The notes beneath the pieces are model-generated. The model saw only the letters and a program-made list of their open reading frames with translations. It ran no database searches and had not been told where the DNA came from. The translations under genes were made by a program, and so were the position numbers. A stretch of 64,000 nt of DNA from positions 124,001 through 188,000 of the IMG/VR virus record IMGVR_UViG_3300048625_000299; one strand, given 5' to 3'. Of this stretch, positions 21,136 through 29,305 are shown piece by piece; the stretch's first letter is position 1, and every line of letters starts with the position of its first letter.

Positions 21136-21358
21136 TGGACATCGCCACCAGCAACTACATTGATCAGCAGTTGTTCCAGGTGGCGCCACTGCCCCTGCAG
21201 GACGAGCACTACCCGCACGGATTCGATCTCCAGATCAGGACAGAGGGACGCAAGACGAACTACCTGAAGGTGACACCTGCTCAGATGAAGAAGATCGAAG
21301 ACGTTCTAAGGGGCATCGGCTGTTGACCCAAGTACGCAGAGTGTGTATAGTCAGCTTT

Positions 21359-21426
21359 GTGCTGGATGATATAGGATTCTATTAAGCGACGCACTGCGTT
21401 CATCTGGATCTCAATGCGTCCAGCAC
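21359..21426 (+). ncRNA. Candidate 68-nt structured small RNA
   Basis: Directly after promoter 21322-21351; 10-bp closing stem GTGCTGGATG/CGTCCAGCAC; no ORF. Confidence 0.4.
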
Positions 21427-21762
21427 CCCCGTCAACTTAAACTAGTATGGAGTGCATTGTGCAACATAACCCAATCCCTCGCAGCCCATTGTTTGCAACG
21501 CCTGTTGACCAGCAGTCGCTCGACGCATACATTCAGCGACTGCCAAAGAGTGACCAAGCGATGGCCTACACGGTGTCAATGATGACATTCAATTTAGCAC
21601 ACAAGCTAGTCAATGATGAGATGGCACTGGAAACAAACTAGCCACTAGCTGACAGAGCAGCCCTCCCAAGGCCGGAAACAAAATAGCCCATGGGGGGTGT
21701 TTTGGAAACGCAAGTACTATACGTGCGGAGGGTATTAGAAAGTCCCGGGGAATCTCTATTCC

Positions 21763-22003
21763 AATCCGGTTTCTAATAGAGTCGTTTTCTAAAAATTTTT
21801 GTGCGGGAAACGTGCTGAAAAAGGTCTCCCCATATTTCTGGGGATATCATCATAGAAACATTCGATAGTTGCACCAAAAACTATCCGGATTCCAGATAAA
21901 GTTGATCTCAAAAATTTTTCCGCAGAAAATCTCAATTCAAATCCGGTTTCTAGGAAAGCGGATGTCTAAAAATTTTTTGCGGAAAAACGCGCTAAAAAGG
22001 GTC
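21763..22003. repeat. Two ~64-bp degenerate direct repeats with A5T5-6 tracts
   Basis: AATCCGGTTTCTA...CTAAAAATTTTT..GCGG..AAACG.GCT.AAAA.GGTC at 21763-21826 and 21940-22003; partial copy 21906-21929. Confidence 0.75.
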
Positions 22004-22608
22004 GTTTATGAGTTGTAATGGATATGTGTCACTTCCTGCATTCAAGGTGCGTGATGCATGTAATGCATATTTGCAGAGGCGTGAAGATCGGATTCTGCGT
22101 GAGCGGGAACCCATCATTCAATCATTCAGTCAGCCAAGGTTTTTCGGTCTTTTGCGTCCGCGTACAAGAGAAGAGGCTATCAGAGCTGCTAAGGCGGACG
22201 GGTTCATTTCTGATTATGATGAAATCTGGATGCGCGGTCGCTACTATGCTGTTCGTGTAGAAGAAGTGCTGCACATGGCTAAAGTTGCTGTTGATAATCG
22301 AGTTGAGTTTGTTCAGGTGTCTTCTGAGGTACTTGAAAGCATTGGTAATGATTTGATGAAGAAGGGAAATCAATAATGTTTGCGTATTCCATCCAATTTG
22401 ACAATCCTGAATTAATCGAGTACAATCGAAAAACGTTCAGTGCATACAATGTCGGTGATAAGGTAATGATCGACGATGGTGATGGCCGGACGTATTTTGG
22501 TGTCGTACATGGTTTCGCCTATAATAGTGTAGGCGAGATGGTATTGTACGTCAATATGATTGGTATGAGTGAAATTCGGTCGTACCATCCTTGTAATGTA
22601 AAGGTGAT

Positions 22609-22923
22609 TTGAAAATGAGTGAAAAGAAGTATACAGTGTTTTCGTTGTCTAAGGGTAACGACGCATACATCGGTCTGACATCGAATATCAAGAACGCATT
22701 GAGTGTATATCGCCAACGCGCTACAAACCCGAAAGCAGATCAATACAATAGCCGACACTTTACGCGCGTTCGTGAAATCGGCGGATATGATGCATTGTCA
22801 TTGAATATCATCGGCGAATTCAATACGCGCGCAGAAGGATACGACATGCAAATGCATCAGCTGAACAATACTGACCCATCGCTGAATACGCTGTTCAAAA
22901 ATCTCGATGAATACCGCAGTTGA
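22609..22923 (+). CDS. Small GIY-YIG-like endonuclease
   Basis: YTVFSL...AYIGLT...YNSRHF.RVREIGG...PSLN; GIY half degenerate. Confidence 0.55.
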   Translation: MKMSEKKYTVFSLSKGNDAYIGLTSNIKNALSVYRQRATNPKADQYNSRHFTRVREIGGYDALSLNIIGEFNTRAEGYDMQMHQLNNTDPSLNTLFKNLDEYRS

Positions 22924-23424
22924 TCTGAAGGAAATGTATATTCGAGCGCTCAAGGCTTTTAAACACAAAAAGCCAGCGCTCGACCAAGTATACAATGACC
23001 TCACTAAGGCCCTGATGAGAAAAGAGATTTCAAAGACTGACTATGAATATGTTAGACAATTTGGAAAATCTATCTCTAGCTGAGATCATCGATAACCCAA
23101 TTACATACTGCATTGCACTTGCATTAATTTGCGGTGCATGCTTCTTCCTCGGCTTTCTTATCGGTACGTTCCTGTGAAAAACATCGCCATCTTCTCAGAC
23201 TTCGAATTCGACCACATCACACCAGATATCAGCGAGCAAGCACGCGCATCTGCATGGGAGCTGTGGAGAGACGATCTCGACGACAAACAGCTTTCTAAAG
23301 TCGCTCTGCTGACCGGAGCAAATAGCATCCTCTACTACTTCGGAAGCAAGGTGCTACTCACTGACGTTCAGTGGGACGAAGAACAGAAGTGCTTCCTGTG
23401 GGAAGTTGAATTTGACCAAACCAG

Positions 23425-23452
23425 TTGACGTTTTCCTGAAAAGAACTATAAT
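23425..23452 (+). promoter_or_regulatory. Sigma70-type promoter of DUF932 gene
   Basis: TTGACG-16-TATAAT. Confidence 0.7.
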
Positions 23453-23487
23453 GACAGTTCTTTAATTAACTTTGTAAGGAAATCGAA

Positions 23488-24438
23488 ATGGCTCACATGG
23501 TCGAAACAATGGCATATGCAGGTGAAACCCCATGGCACGGACTCGGTGTACAAGTACCGGCTGATCTATCACCCGCGCAAATGTTGGAAAAAGCAGGACT
23601 TGATTGGACTGTAGAGAAGATTCCTGCGTTTGCTGAGATTGGTGGAAAAAAAACCAGCGTCGGGTGGTCTGCGCTTGTCCGTAATACTGATGAGCAGATG
23701 CTTAGTGTGGTTTCCAATGATTGGAATCCAGTGCAGAACCATGAGGCATTTGAATTCTTCCATGAATATTGCGCTGCTGGTGATATGGAAATGCATACTG
23801 CTGGTTCACTGCGCAACGGCCAGATCGTATGGGGTCTCGCCAAGGTGAAAGAATCGTTTGAATTGTTCAAAGGCGACCAAGTTGACTCATATTTGCTGTT
23901 TACTAACCCTCATAAGTTCGGCCAATCGATCGACGTCCGCTTTACACCAATTCGCGTCGTATGTAATAACACATTGACGCTGTCTCTTTCCAAATCCGAA
24001 GAGCGCATGGTCAAGAAAAGCCACCGTACAGAGTTTGATGCTGCTTTGGTCAAAGAGCAACTCGGTATTGCAACCGATAAGCTCGCAAAATACAAGGAAA
24101 TGGCTGAATTCTTGGGCAGCAAGCGCTATACTAACGGCTCAATGACTGAGTATTTTAATAAAATCTTCCCTGTTATCGCATATAATAAGGAAAAAGGCGC
24201 GCAGCGTAAGGAAATATCTAAGTCTGCCACACGTGCAATGGAAATTGTATCGACACAGCCTGGTGCTCAGTTCGCTGAAGGATCGTTCTGGCAACTGTTC
24301 AATGCAGTGACATACCTGACAGACCACGAAATCGGTCGCTCAGCAGACACTCGCTTGCAATCTGCATGGTTTGGTCCTAATAAGAACCTGAAGATCAAAG
24401 CGCTGGAAACAGCAGTTGAAATGGCGGAGATGGCATAA
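23488..24438 (+). CDS. DUF932/DUF945 phage-plasmid protein
   Basis: MAHMVETMAYAGETPWHGLG...TAGSLRNG...TPIRVVCNNTL signature. Confidence 0.9.
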   Translation: MAHMVETMAYAGETPWHGLGVQVPADLSPAQMLEKAGLDWTVEKIPAFAEIGGKKTSVGWSALVRNTDEQMLSVVSNDWNPVQNHEAFEFFHEYCAAGDMEMHTAGSLRNGQIVWGLAKVKESFELFKGDQVDSYLLFTNPHKFGQSIDVRFTPIRVVCNNTLTLSLSKSEERMVKKSHRTEFDAALVKEQLGIATDKLAKYKEMAEFLGSKRYTNGSMTEYFNKIFPVIAYNKEKGAQRKEISKSATRAMEIVSTQPGAQFAEGSFWQLFNAVTYLTDHEIGRSADTRLQSAWFGPNKNLKIKALETAVEMAEMA

Positions 24439-24746
24439 TGAAACTAGAATTCACAAAAGTGAAGCACACCAAGACCAATCGGTTGTTGGAAATGCTGCAG
24501 GATGGCGAGCGAGGCAATATGGATTACTTCGCAAAGAAGCTGGGGACGAATAATGATGTGGTTCGAGGGCTGATTTGCCTCTTACGTAAACGTGGATATA
24601 AAATCTTCAATCGTGTAGTCGAGGGAACTACTAGACAAACGCAGTACTTCTTGGTCAAGCGTGGCATGCAGGAGCAACTTGTAATCAACAAAGTTCACCA
24701 CACAATGGATGTGCCACACGGAACACATTTGTTGAAAGTTAGTTGA
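24438..24746 (+). CDS. Putative winged-helix DNA-binding protein
   Basis: FAKKLGTNNDVVRGLICLLRKRGYKI HTH-like segment. Confidence 0.5.
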   Translation: MKLEFTKVKHTKTNRLLEMLQDGERGNMDYFAKKLGTNNDVVRGLICLLRKRGYKIFNRVVEGTTRQTQYFLVKRGMQEQLVINKVHHTMDVPHGTHLLKVS

Positions 24747-24772
24747 TTTTCATTAGTAGTCGACTATATAAT

Positions 24773-24804
24773 GGGGTCAGGATGCAATGTCCTTGACCCC
24801 TTTT
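24773..24804 (+). terminator. Hairpin plus T-tract
   Basis: GGGGTCA...TGACCCC-TTTT. Confidence 0.6.
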
Positions 24805-24858
24805 CTGTCTTTAATACTAGGATGCTAGACAGACGTCCGTAACAATTAGGAGTATGTA

Positions 24859-25713
24859 ATGATGTACAAAAATCAATTCGTCGCCGCTGTCAAATCCGGC
24901 AATAAAGTTCTTCGTGAAGTGGGCGATACCGTCTACCTTCCATTCGGATGCGAGTATTCCATCCTTCTCAAAAACCTCAATATCGTTCGAGCAGAAGCGC
25001 GGATCACGATCGATGGTGAAGATGTCCTCGGTGGCAACTCGATTGTTGTCAATCCGAATTCCGATCTCGAACTAGAGCGTTTCTTGAAAGACCTTTCCAA
25101 GGGCAATCGATTCAAATTCATCGAACGTACATCCTCTGTAGAACAACATCGAGGTGTTGGTGCAGGAGATGGACTGATTCGAATTGAATGGCAGTATGAG
25201 AAGCCACGCCCAATCTATACCGTCCGCCCTGATCCGTTTTCCAGCACGCTGTGGGGCAACAATAACTCACCATGGATCCGAGCGTCTGGTGCGACATATA
25301 ACGTCAATGGTGCGCTACGTGGCGTCGATATGTCGAATGGCGATAGCACAAGAGCATATGCCGCTTCTGCAACCAACGCTACATTGCAGAATATGGGAAT
25401 CACAGCTCAGGCTGCTTCATTCCATGACGGGATGGCAACTATGGACTGGGCCGAACTGAAACAATCAACAAATGATGTCGGCATCACCGTTCCAGGCTCG
25501 TTATCGGATCAGAAGTTTGCCACCGTTGCTTCGTTCCCGCTTGAAGACCAAAAGCACGTGATTGTGTTGCAACTCAAGGGCGAAACAGAGTATAATAAGG
25601 TTACTGCACCTGTTACCGTAAAAGCCAAACCCAAGTGTGTAACTTGTGGTAAGGTAAATAAGGCAACAGCTAAATTTTGTTCCAATTGCGGAACTGCATT
25701 AGAAATCGTTTAA
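24859..25713 (+). CDS. Conserved hypothetical protein with C-terminal zinc ribbon
   Basis: CVTCGK...FCSNCG at C-terminus; TAGGAG SD. Confidence 0.75.
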   Translation: MMYKNQFVAAVKSGNKVLREVGDTVYLPFGCEYSILLKNLNIVRAEARITIDGEDVLGGNSIVVNPNSDLELERFLKDLSKGNRFKFIERTSSVEQHRGVGAGDGLIRIEWQYEKPRPIYTVRPDPFSSTLWGNNNSPWIRASGATYNVNGALRGVDMSNGDSTRAYAASATNATLQNMGITAQAASFHDGMATMDWAELKQSTNDVGITVPGSLSDQKFATVASFPLEDQKHVIVLQLKGETEYNKVTAPVTVKAKPKCVTCGKVNKATAKFCSNCGTALEIV

Positions 25714-25911
25714 ACATATACCATGATCCTGACAAAATCAAATAGACGCAACGGCATGGCCGCTCGCAAAGACGGCCTCAGAAGCATGTGGTGCGGCCGT
25801 TGCGATCGTGATGTTGTTGGTGATTATGGTAAGTGTGGAGCTTGTGGTTACTCCCGCAAAAAGGAAAAAAAGAAAATTCCTAGGTTGGAGAAGCTCGAGG
25901 AATTGTTGTAA

Positions 25912-26245
25912 TCCCTTCAAAGCGAAGGACTTCTGGACGCGGGTTCGACTCCCGCCAGGTCCACCAAAAGGATTTTCAATGGATCAGTGGGATGATTATT
26001 TTCCTCCCTTAAATTTGTGGAACTACAGCCTACATTGGCAGTGGATCGATACTGATTCGGAAAATCCTTCTGATGGGCCTGCCATGGTTTCGACAGGGGT
26101 AGATAGTAGAGACGGCAACACGGTAGGCGATGACCGTAAATCAAGCGAAATCTATAAATGCAAACGATGAAGCATTTTTGATGGCTGCCTAATAGGCCCC
26201 ATCTGAGTTTTGCTGGTTGAACTTGGAAACAGAATCAACCAGCAC
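25912..26245 (+). ncRNA. ssrA: Circularly permuted (two-piece) tmRNA, tag (A)ANDEAFLMAA
   Basis: T-arm GCGGG-TTCGACT-CCCGC then CAGGTCC-A-CCA (25939-25966) lies upstream of the 5' strand GGGCCTG (26075); acceptor stem has G3:U70; tag ORF 26160-26192; 5' and 3' limits approximate. Confidence 0.9.
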
Positions 26246-26263
26246 TAATTTAAGGAGTAAAAA

Positions 26264-26884
26264 TTGCTTAGAGTTGCACATACCGAATTCATCGGTCCAG
26301 CAGTTCTAACCAAGCCGATAGACGACAGTCTGTTTACTTGGGAGAACATCCAATATTTTGATAATGATGGCTTCCAGTTAAGCAAACTTGAACAAGAATT
26401 CTACAAAGCGAATGGCGTAGAGCTCAACTACATTAATGGTGTGTGGGGAGCACAAACGCCATGGTTTGTCGGCAACGATCCACACTTTGTAGTCGACCAC
26501 AGCATGCTAATCACAAGATGCTGTTATAGCGGAGAGGCGCTGGCTCAGATCAAGCGATTTGCTACGCCAGATAAGTTTCCGTATCTGATGAAGTACACGA
26601 TGATTCGCCCTAAATGGGGAATCGACTTTGCACTCGAGTATTTCAATAAGGACAACTTTCTAGAAGTGCTCCATCTTGAGTTGGATTTCCATGACATTGG
26701 TACTGCACGGACGATCAAAGGATTTTATGAACACCGAATCGTCACTACTGATTGGAATGAATTCGTCCTCAGCCTAATTGACCTCAAAGATCAATGGGAC
26801 ATTCTTGAGGGGATCGAGCGTAATGATTGGAAAGCTCGATTCTGGGGAATGTCGAAGGCTGAAAACATTCTCAAAGTTGTATAA
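26264..26884 (+). CDS. Hypothetical protein (TTG start)
   Basis: 206-aa ORF with AAGGAG SD. Confidence 0.7.
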   Translation: MLRVAHTEFIGPAVLTKPIDDSLFTWENIQYFDNDGFQLSKLEQEFYKANGVELNYINGVWGAQTPWFVGNDPHFVVDHSMLITRCCYSGEALAQIKRFATPDKFPYLMKYTMIRPKWGIDFALEYFNKDNFLEVLHLELDFHDIGTARTIKGFYEHRIVTTDWNEFVLSLIDLKDQWDILEGIERNDWKARFWGMSKAENILKVV

Positions 26885-26979
26885 GCTATATAATATACAC
26901 GTTGCCCATTAGAGGCCCTGTATGGTTTTGCAGTACCATCAAAGAAACTGCTACATTACACACACAATAGGAGACACAT

Positions 26980-27186
26980 ATGTCCAAAACACCATACGAG
27001 ATCCGTCTCGATCTTCTCAAGATCGCTCAAGATCAAATGAACCAACGTTATTACAATGATCTACAGATCAAAACACATAACGCCACAGTGAGTAACACTC
27101 CAATCAACGAGGTTCCAGAATTTCCAGATGCTAGCAAACTTCTATTAGAAGCGGAAATCCTCAAGGGCTTTGTAGATAGAGGCTAA
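26980..27186 (+). CDS. Conserved small phage protein (SKTPYEIRL family)
   Basis: TAGGAG SD; recognisable N-terminus. Confidence 0.75.
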   Translation: MSKTPYEIRLDLLKIAQDQMNQRYYNDLQIKTHNATVSNTPINEVPEFPDASKLLLEAEILKGFVDRG

Positions 27187-27271
27187 ACGCCCGTGGGTAT
27201 AACTGCTTATACTACCGGCAGGAATATTGTCGGTATAAGTAATTATACCCAATTAATATGATTGAAATCTA

Positions 27272-27412
27272 ATGTCACTCATCCCGCAAGATAAACTAGC
27301 AACCGATTTCTGGCAACACGAATGTGAAGCAAAAGAAGGTGCTGTTGTTTATAACGAAAAGGGCAAGTCCTGCCCATATTGCTCGGCAACCGAGCCCAAG
27401 CCAACCAAGTAA
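27272..27412 (+). CDS. 46-aa Cys/His protein (not in ORF track)
   Basis: WQHEC...SCPYCS putative zinc ribbon. Confidence 0.45.
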   Translation: MSLIPQDKLATDFWQHECEAKEGAVVYNEKGKSCPYCSATEPKPTK

Positions 27413-27523
27413 GGCTTGTCAACCCCATTGATTCGTTGATGCTGCTTTAGTGGCAGTACAATTGCCTGTCGACTTTTTTAAAATGTCGTGGTATAATAAC
27501 GAATCTGACCAGGAGGTGCAAAC

Positions 27524-28096
27524 ATGCATACTACAGCTTCAAATGCTGTCGATAGGACTGTGATACAACTAATCCGAGCTACGTGCTTTGTGATTGGTGT
27601 ATGTGTGGTAATATCTGCTTTAAACTTCGCCATTAACTACCGTACTGAGAATACAGTTACGCCAGTAGTTAATACATCTGCAAGAGAAATAGAAACCCAG
27701 CTGACTTGCCTAGCACGCAATATCTATTGGGAAGCTGCAGGCGAGCCTTTTGAAGGTAAGGTCGCTGTAGCACAAGTTACGATGAATCGTATGGCGAGTG
27801 GTAAATTCCCAGACACAGTCTGTGGTGTTGTCCACCAGAAGACGACTGTATATAATAAGATCGTCTGTCAATTCTCGTGGCTATGTGAAAACAACTATCG
27901 CACGAAGACTGTCCATCGCAAGATGTATCAGGAAAGCGAGGAGGTTGCTAAGATGGTGATGTTGGAAGGGTTCCGTCTAAAGACCTTGGACAATGCCCTG
28001 TACTACCACGCCGATTATGTCAACCCACGTTGGAACAAAGATAAGGTCACGCAAATTGGCCGTCATATTTTCTATAAGGACAAGAGCAATGGATAA
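27524..28096 (+). CDS. Cell wall hydrolase, SleB/Hydrolase_2 family
   Basis: CLARNIYWEAAGEPFEGKVAVAQVTMNR...CQFSW...ALYYHADYVNPRW...IGRHIFY. Confidence 0.92.
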   Translation: MHTTASNAVDRTVIQLIRATCFVIGVCVVISALNFAINYRTENTVTPVVNTSAREIETQLTCLARNIYWEAAGEPFEGKVAVAQVTMNRMASGKFPDTVCGVVHQKTTVYNKIVCQFSWLCENNYRTKTVHRKMYQESEEVAKMVMLEGFRLKTLDNALYYHADYVNPRWNKDKVTQIGRHIFYKDKSNG

Positions 28097-28376
28097 GTTG
28101 GAATCGATCAAAGAGTATCTACGTCATATCTCTACTGAGACTATTGGTTGGCTTGCAGTCATCCTGATTCACTGTAGTACTGTTCCACCAATCCTTTCTC
28201 TTCTGCTCGGCGTATCAGACCACCTACCTTCGATTGATGTGGTAGCGTTTATGTGGTTCGGTTTAATCTTGCTTTTCATCAAAGCTCTGATCACCAAAGA
28301 TATGTTGAATGTTATTACTATTGGCGTTGGGTTCATCTTCCAAGCCATGCTACTCGGACTATTAGTATTCAAATAA
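28089..28376 (+). CDS. Small multi-pass membrane protein
   Basis: Three hydrophobic segments; directly after hydrolase. Confidence 0.65.
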   Translation: MDKLESIKEYLRHISTETIGWLAVILIHCSTVPPILSLLLGVSDHLPSIDVVAFMWFGLILLFIKALITKDMLNVITIGVGFIFQAMLLGLLVFK

Positions 28377-28615
28377 TGGAAGAACAAATCAATCAACTCA
28401 TCAACGTCCAGGATTTCCTTCAAAAGATTGAACAAATCGCTGTTGAAAAACGACTGGATTACATGGATGCTGTACTGTGGTACTGTTCCAACTCTGGACT
28501 TGAAATTGAAACTGCAGCTGAACTGATACGCAAGAATGCTAAGATGAAGGCACGTATTAAAAACGATGCTGAGAATAGCGGATACTTGCCGAAGACGGCG
28601 AAGCTGCCTATTTAA
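28376..28615 (+). CDS. gp33: Late promoter transcription co-activator gp33
   Basis: IEQIAVEKRLDYMDAVLWYC...LEIETAAELI...DAENSGYL; precedes gp59 and gp32. Confidence 0.85.
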   Translation: MEEQINQLINVQDFLQKIEQIAVEKRLDYMDAVLWYCSNSGLEIETAAELIRKNAKMKARIKNDAENSGYLPKTAKLPI

Positions 28616-28623
28616 TAATTAAT

Positions 28624-29205
28624 ATGAATGGTTATGAAGCGTACAAATTATACGTTGCGATGAAGAACCATTTCAATTCTCAAACATACGACTTTTTTAA
28701 GTATGGTGGGAAAACTCGAGCGAGCTTGGCGGCGTTCGAGAAACGAAATGACAAACACTTCTTCAACGTCCTTGCTAAACACAAGGACTGCCAGAATTAC
28801 ATACTTGCAAACATTGTCGAAGGTGGCCCAGATCTTTGGGTCGGCGACATTGCAAATGAACAACAGGCTGAGAGCAACTACTTGAGATGGAAGGCCCGTA
28901 CGGAATCTATGACGTACAACTTTACCAACGATCTTGATCAGTTGCTCACAGACTACGATGACAACCTGAAGGTGAATGATGGTCAACATCCACACCTTCT
29001 GAAGTTGGTAATACAAAAATCAATATCACTAGAAACGCTGGTCATCCTAAACGACCTATGCGGTTTCTTCAAGTATTGGTCACGTAATATTACCGACCCT
29101 GTTGTGTGGCCGCGATATAAGATGCTTGCAAAAAAGTATCGGCCATTCGTTCCTTTTGACCCACAAAAGACGAAGAAAATTGTGATTGATAAGTTTAAAA
29201 CCTAG
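28624..29205 (+). CDS. gp59: Helicase loader gp59
   Basis: YKLYVAMKNHF...YDFFKYGGK...F.KRNDK.FF...SLETLVIL. Confidence 0.9.
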   Translation: MNGYEAYKLYVAMKNHFNSQTYDFFKYGGKTRASLAAFEKRNDKHFFNVLAKHKDCQNYILANIVEGGPDLWVGDIANEQQAESNYLRWKARTESMTYNFTNDLDQLLTDYDDNLKVNDGQHPHLLKLVIQKSISLETLVILNDLCGFFKYWSRNITDPVVWPRYKMLAKKYRPFVPFDPQKTKKIVIDKFKT

Positions 29206-29305
29206 TGTAGGGAAGCTATATACTAGACATATCATGCTTATGTGAATACACAACGTTTATATACCGTTACATTTTTAATACACCGTAATACAAGGAAATA
29301 CATCT

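Larger units (their letters stand above)
14748..21351 (+). promoter_or_regulatory. Array of ~16 related sigma70-type early promoter modules
   Basis: GTTG(A/C/T)C-type box at 14790, 14975, 15374, 15870, 16213, 16543, 16732, 17174, 17711, 18024, 18412, 18915, 19147, 19671, 20449, 21322, each 17-18 nt before a GATAAT/TATAAT/TACAAT-like -10; shared upstream AGCTTAC and TGGGTAT boxes; usually followed by AGGAG SD. Confidence 0.85.

Noticed and set aside
14748-21351. CRISPR array
   Set aside because: Repeats are degenerate, irregularly spaced and separated by whole genes; they are explained by promoter elements; no cas genes in the window
21359-21426. Canonical tRNA gene
   Set aside because: No TTC T-loop, no D-arm consensus, no clear anticodon arm or CCA
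25939-25966. Stand-alone tRNA 3' fragment or att site
   Set aside because: Its acceptor-stem partner and tag ORF lie downstream, identifying a permuted tmRNA
25808-26170. 120-aa ORF (and 25917..26144 minus ORF) from the track
   Set aside because: Overlap the tmRNA; no SD or recognisable motifs
26922-26951. Firm preQ1-I riboswitch call
   Set aside because: Only superficial resemblance; second stem too long and ligand-binding positions not recognisable
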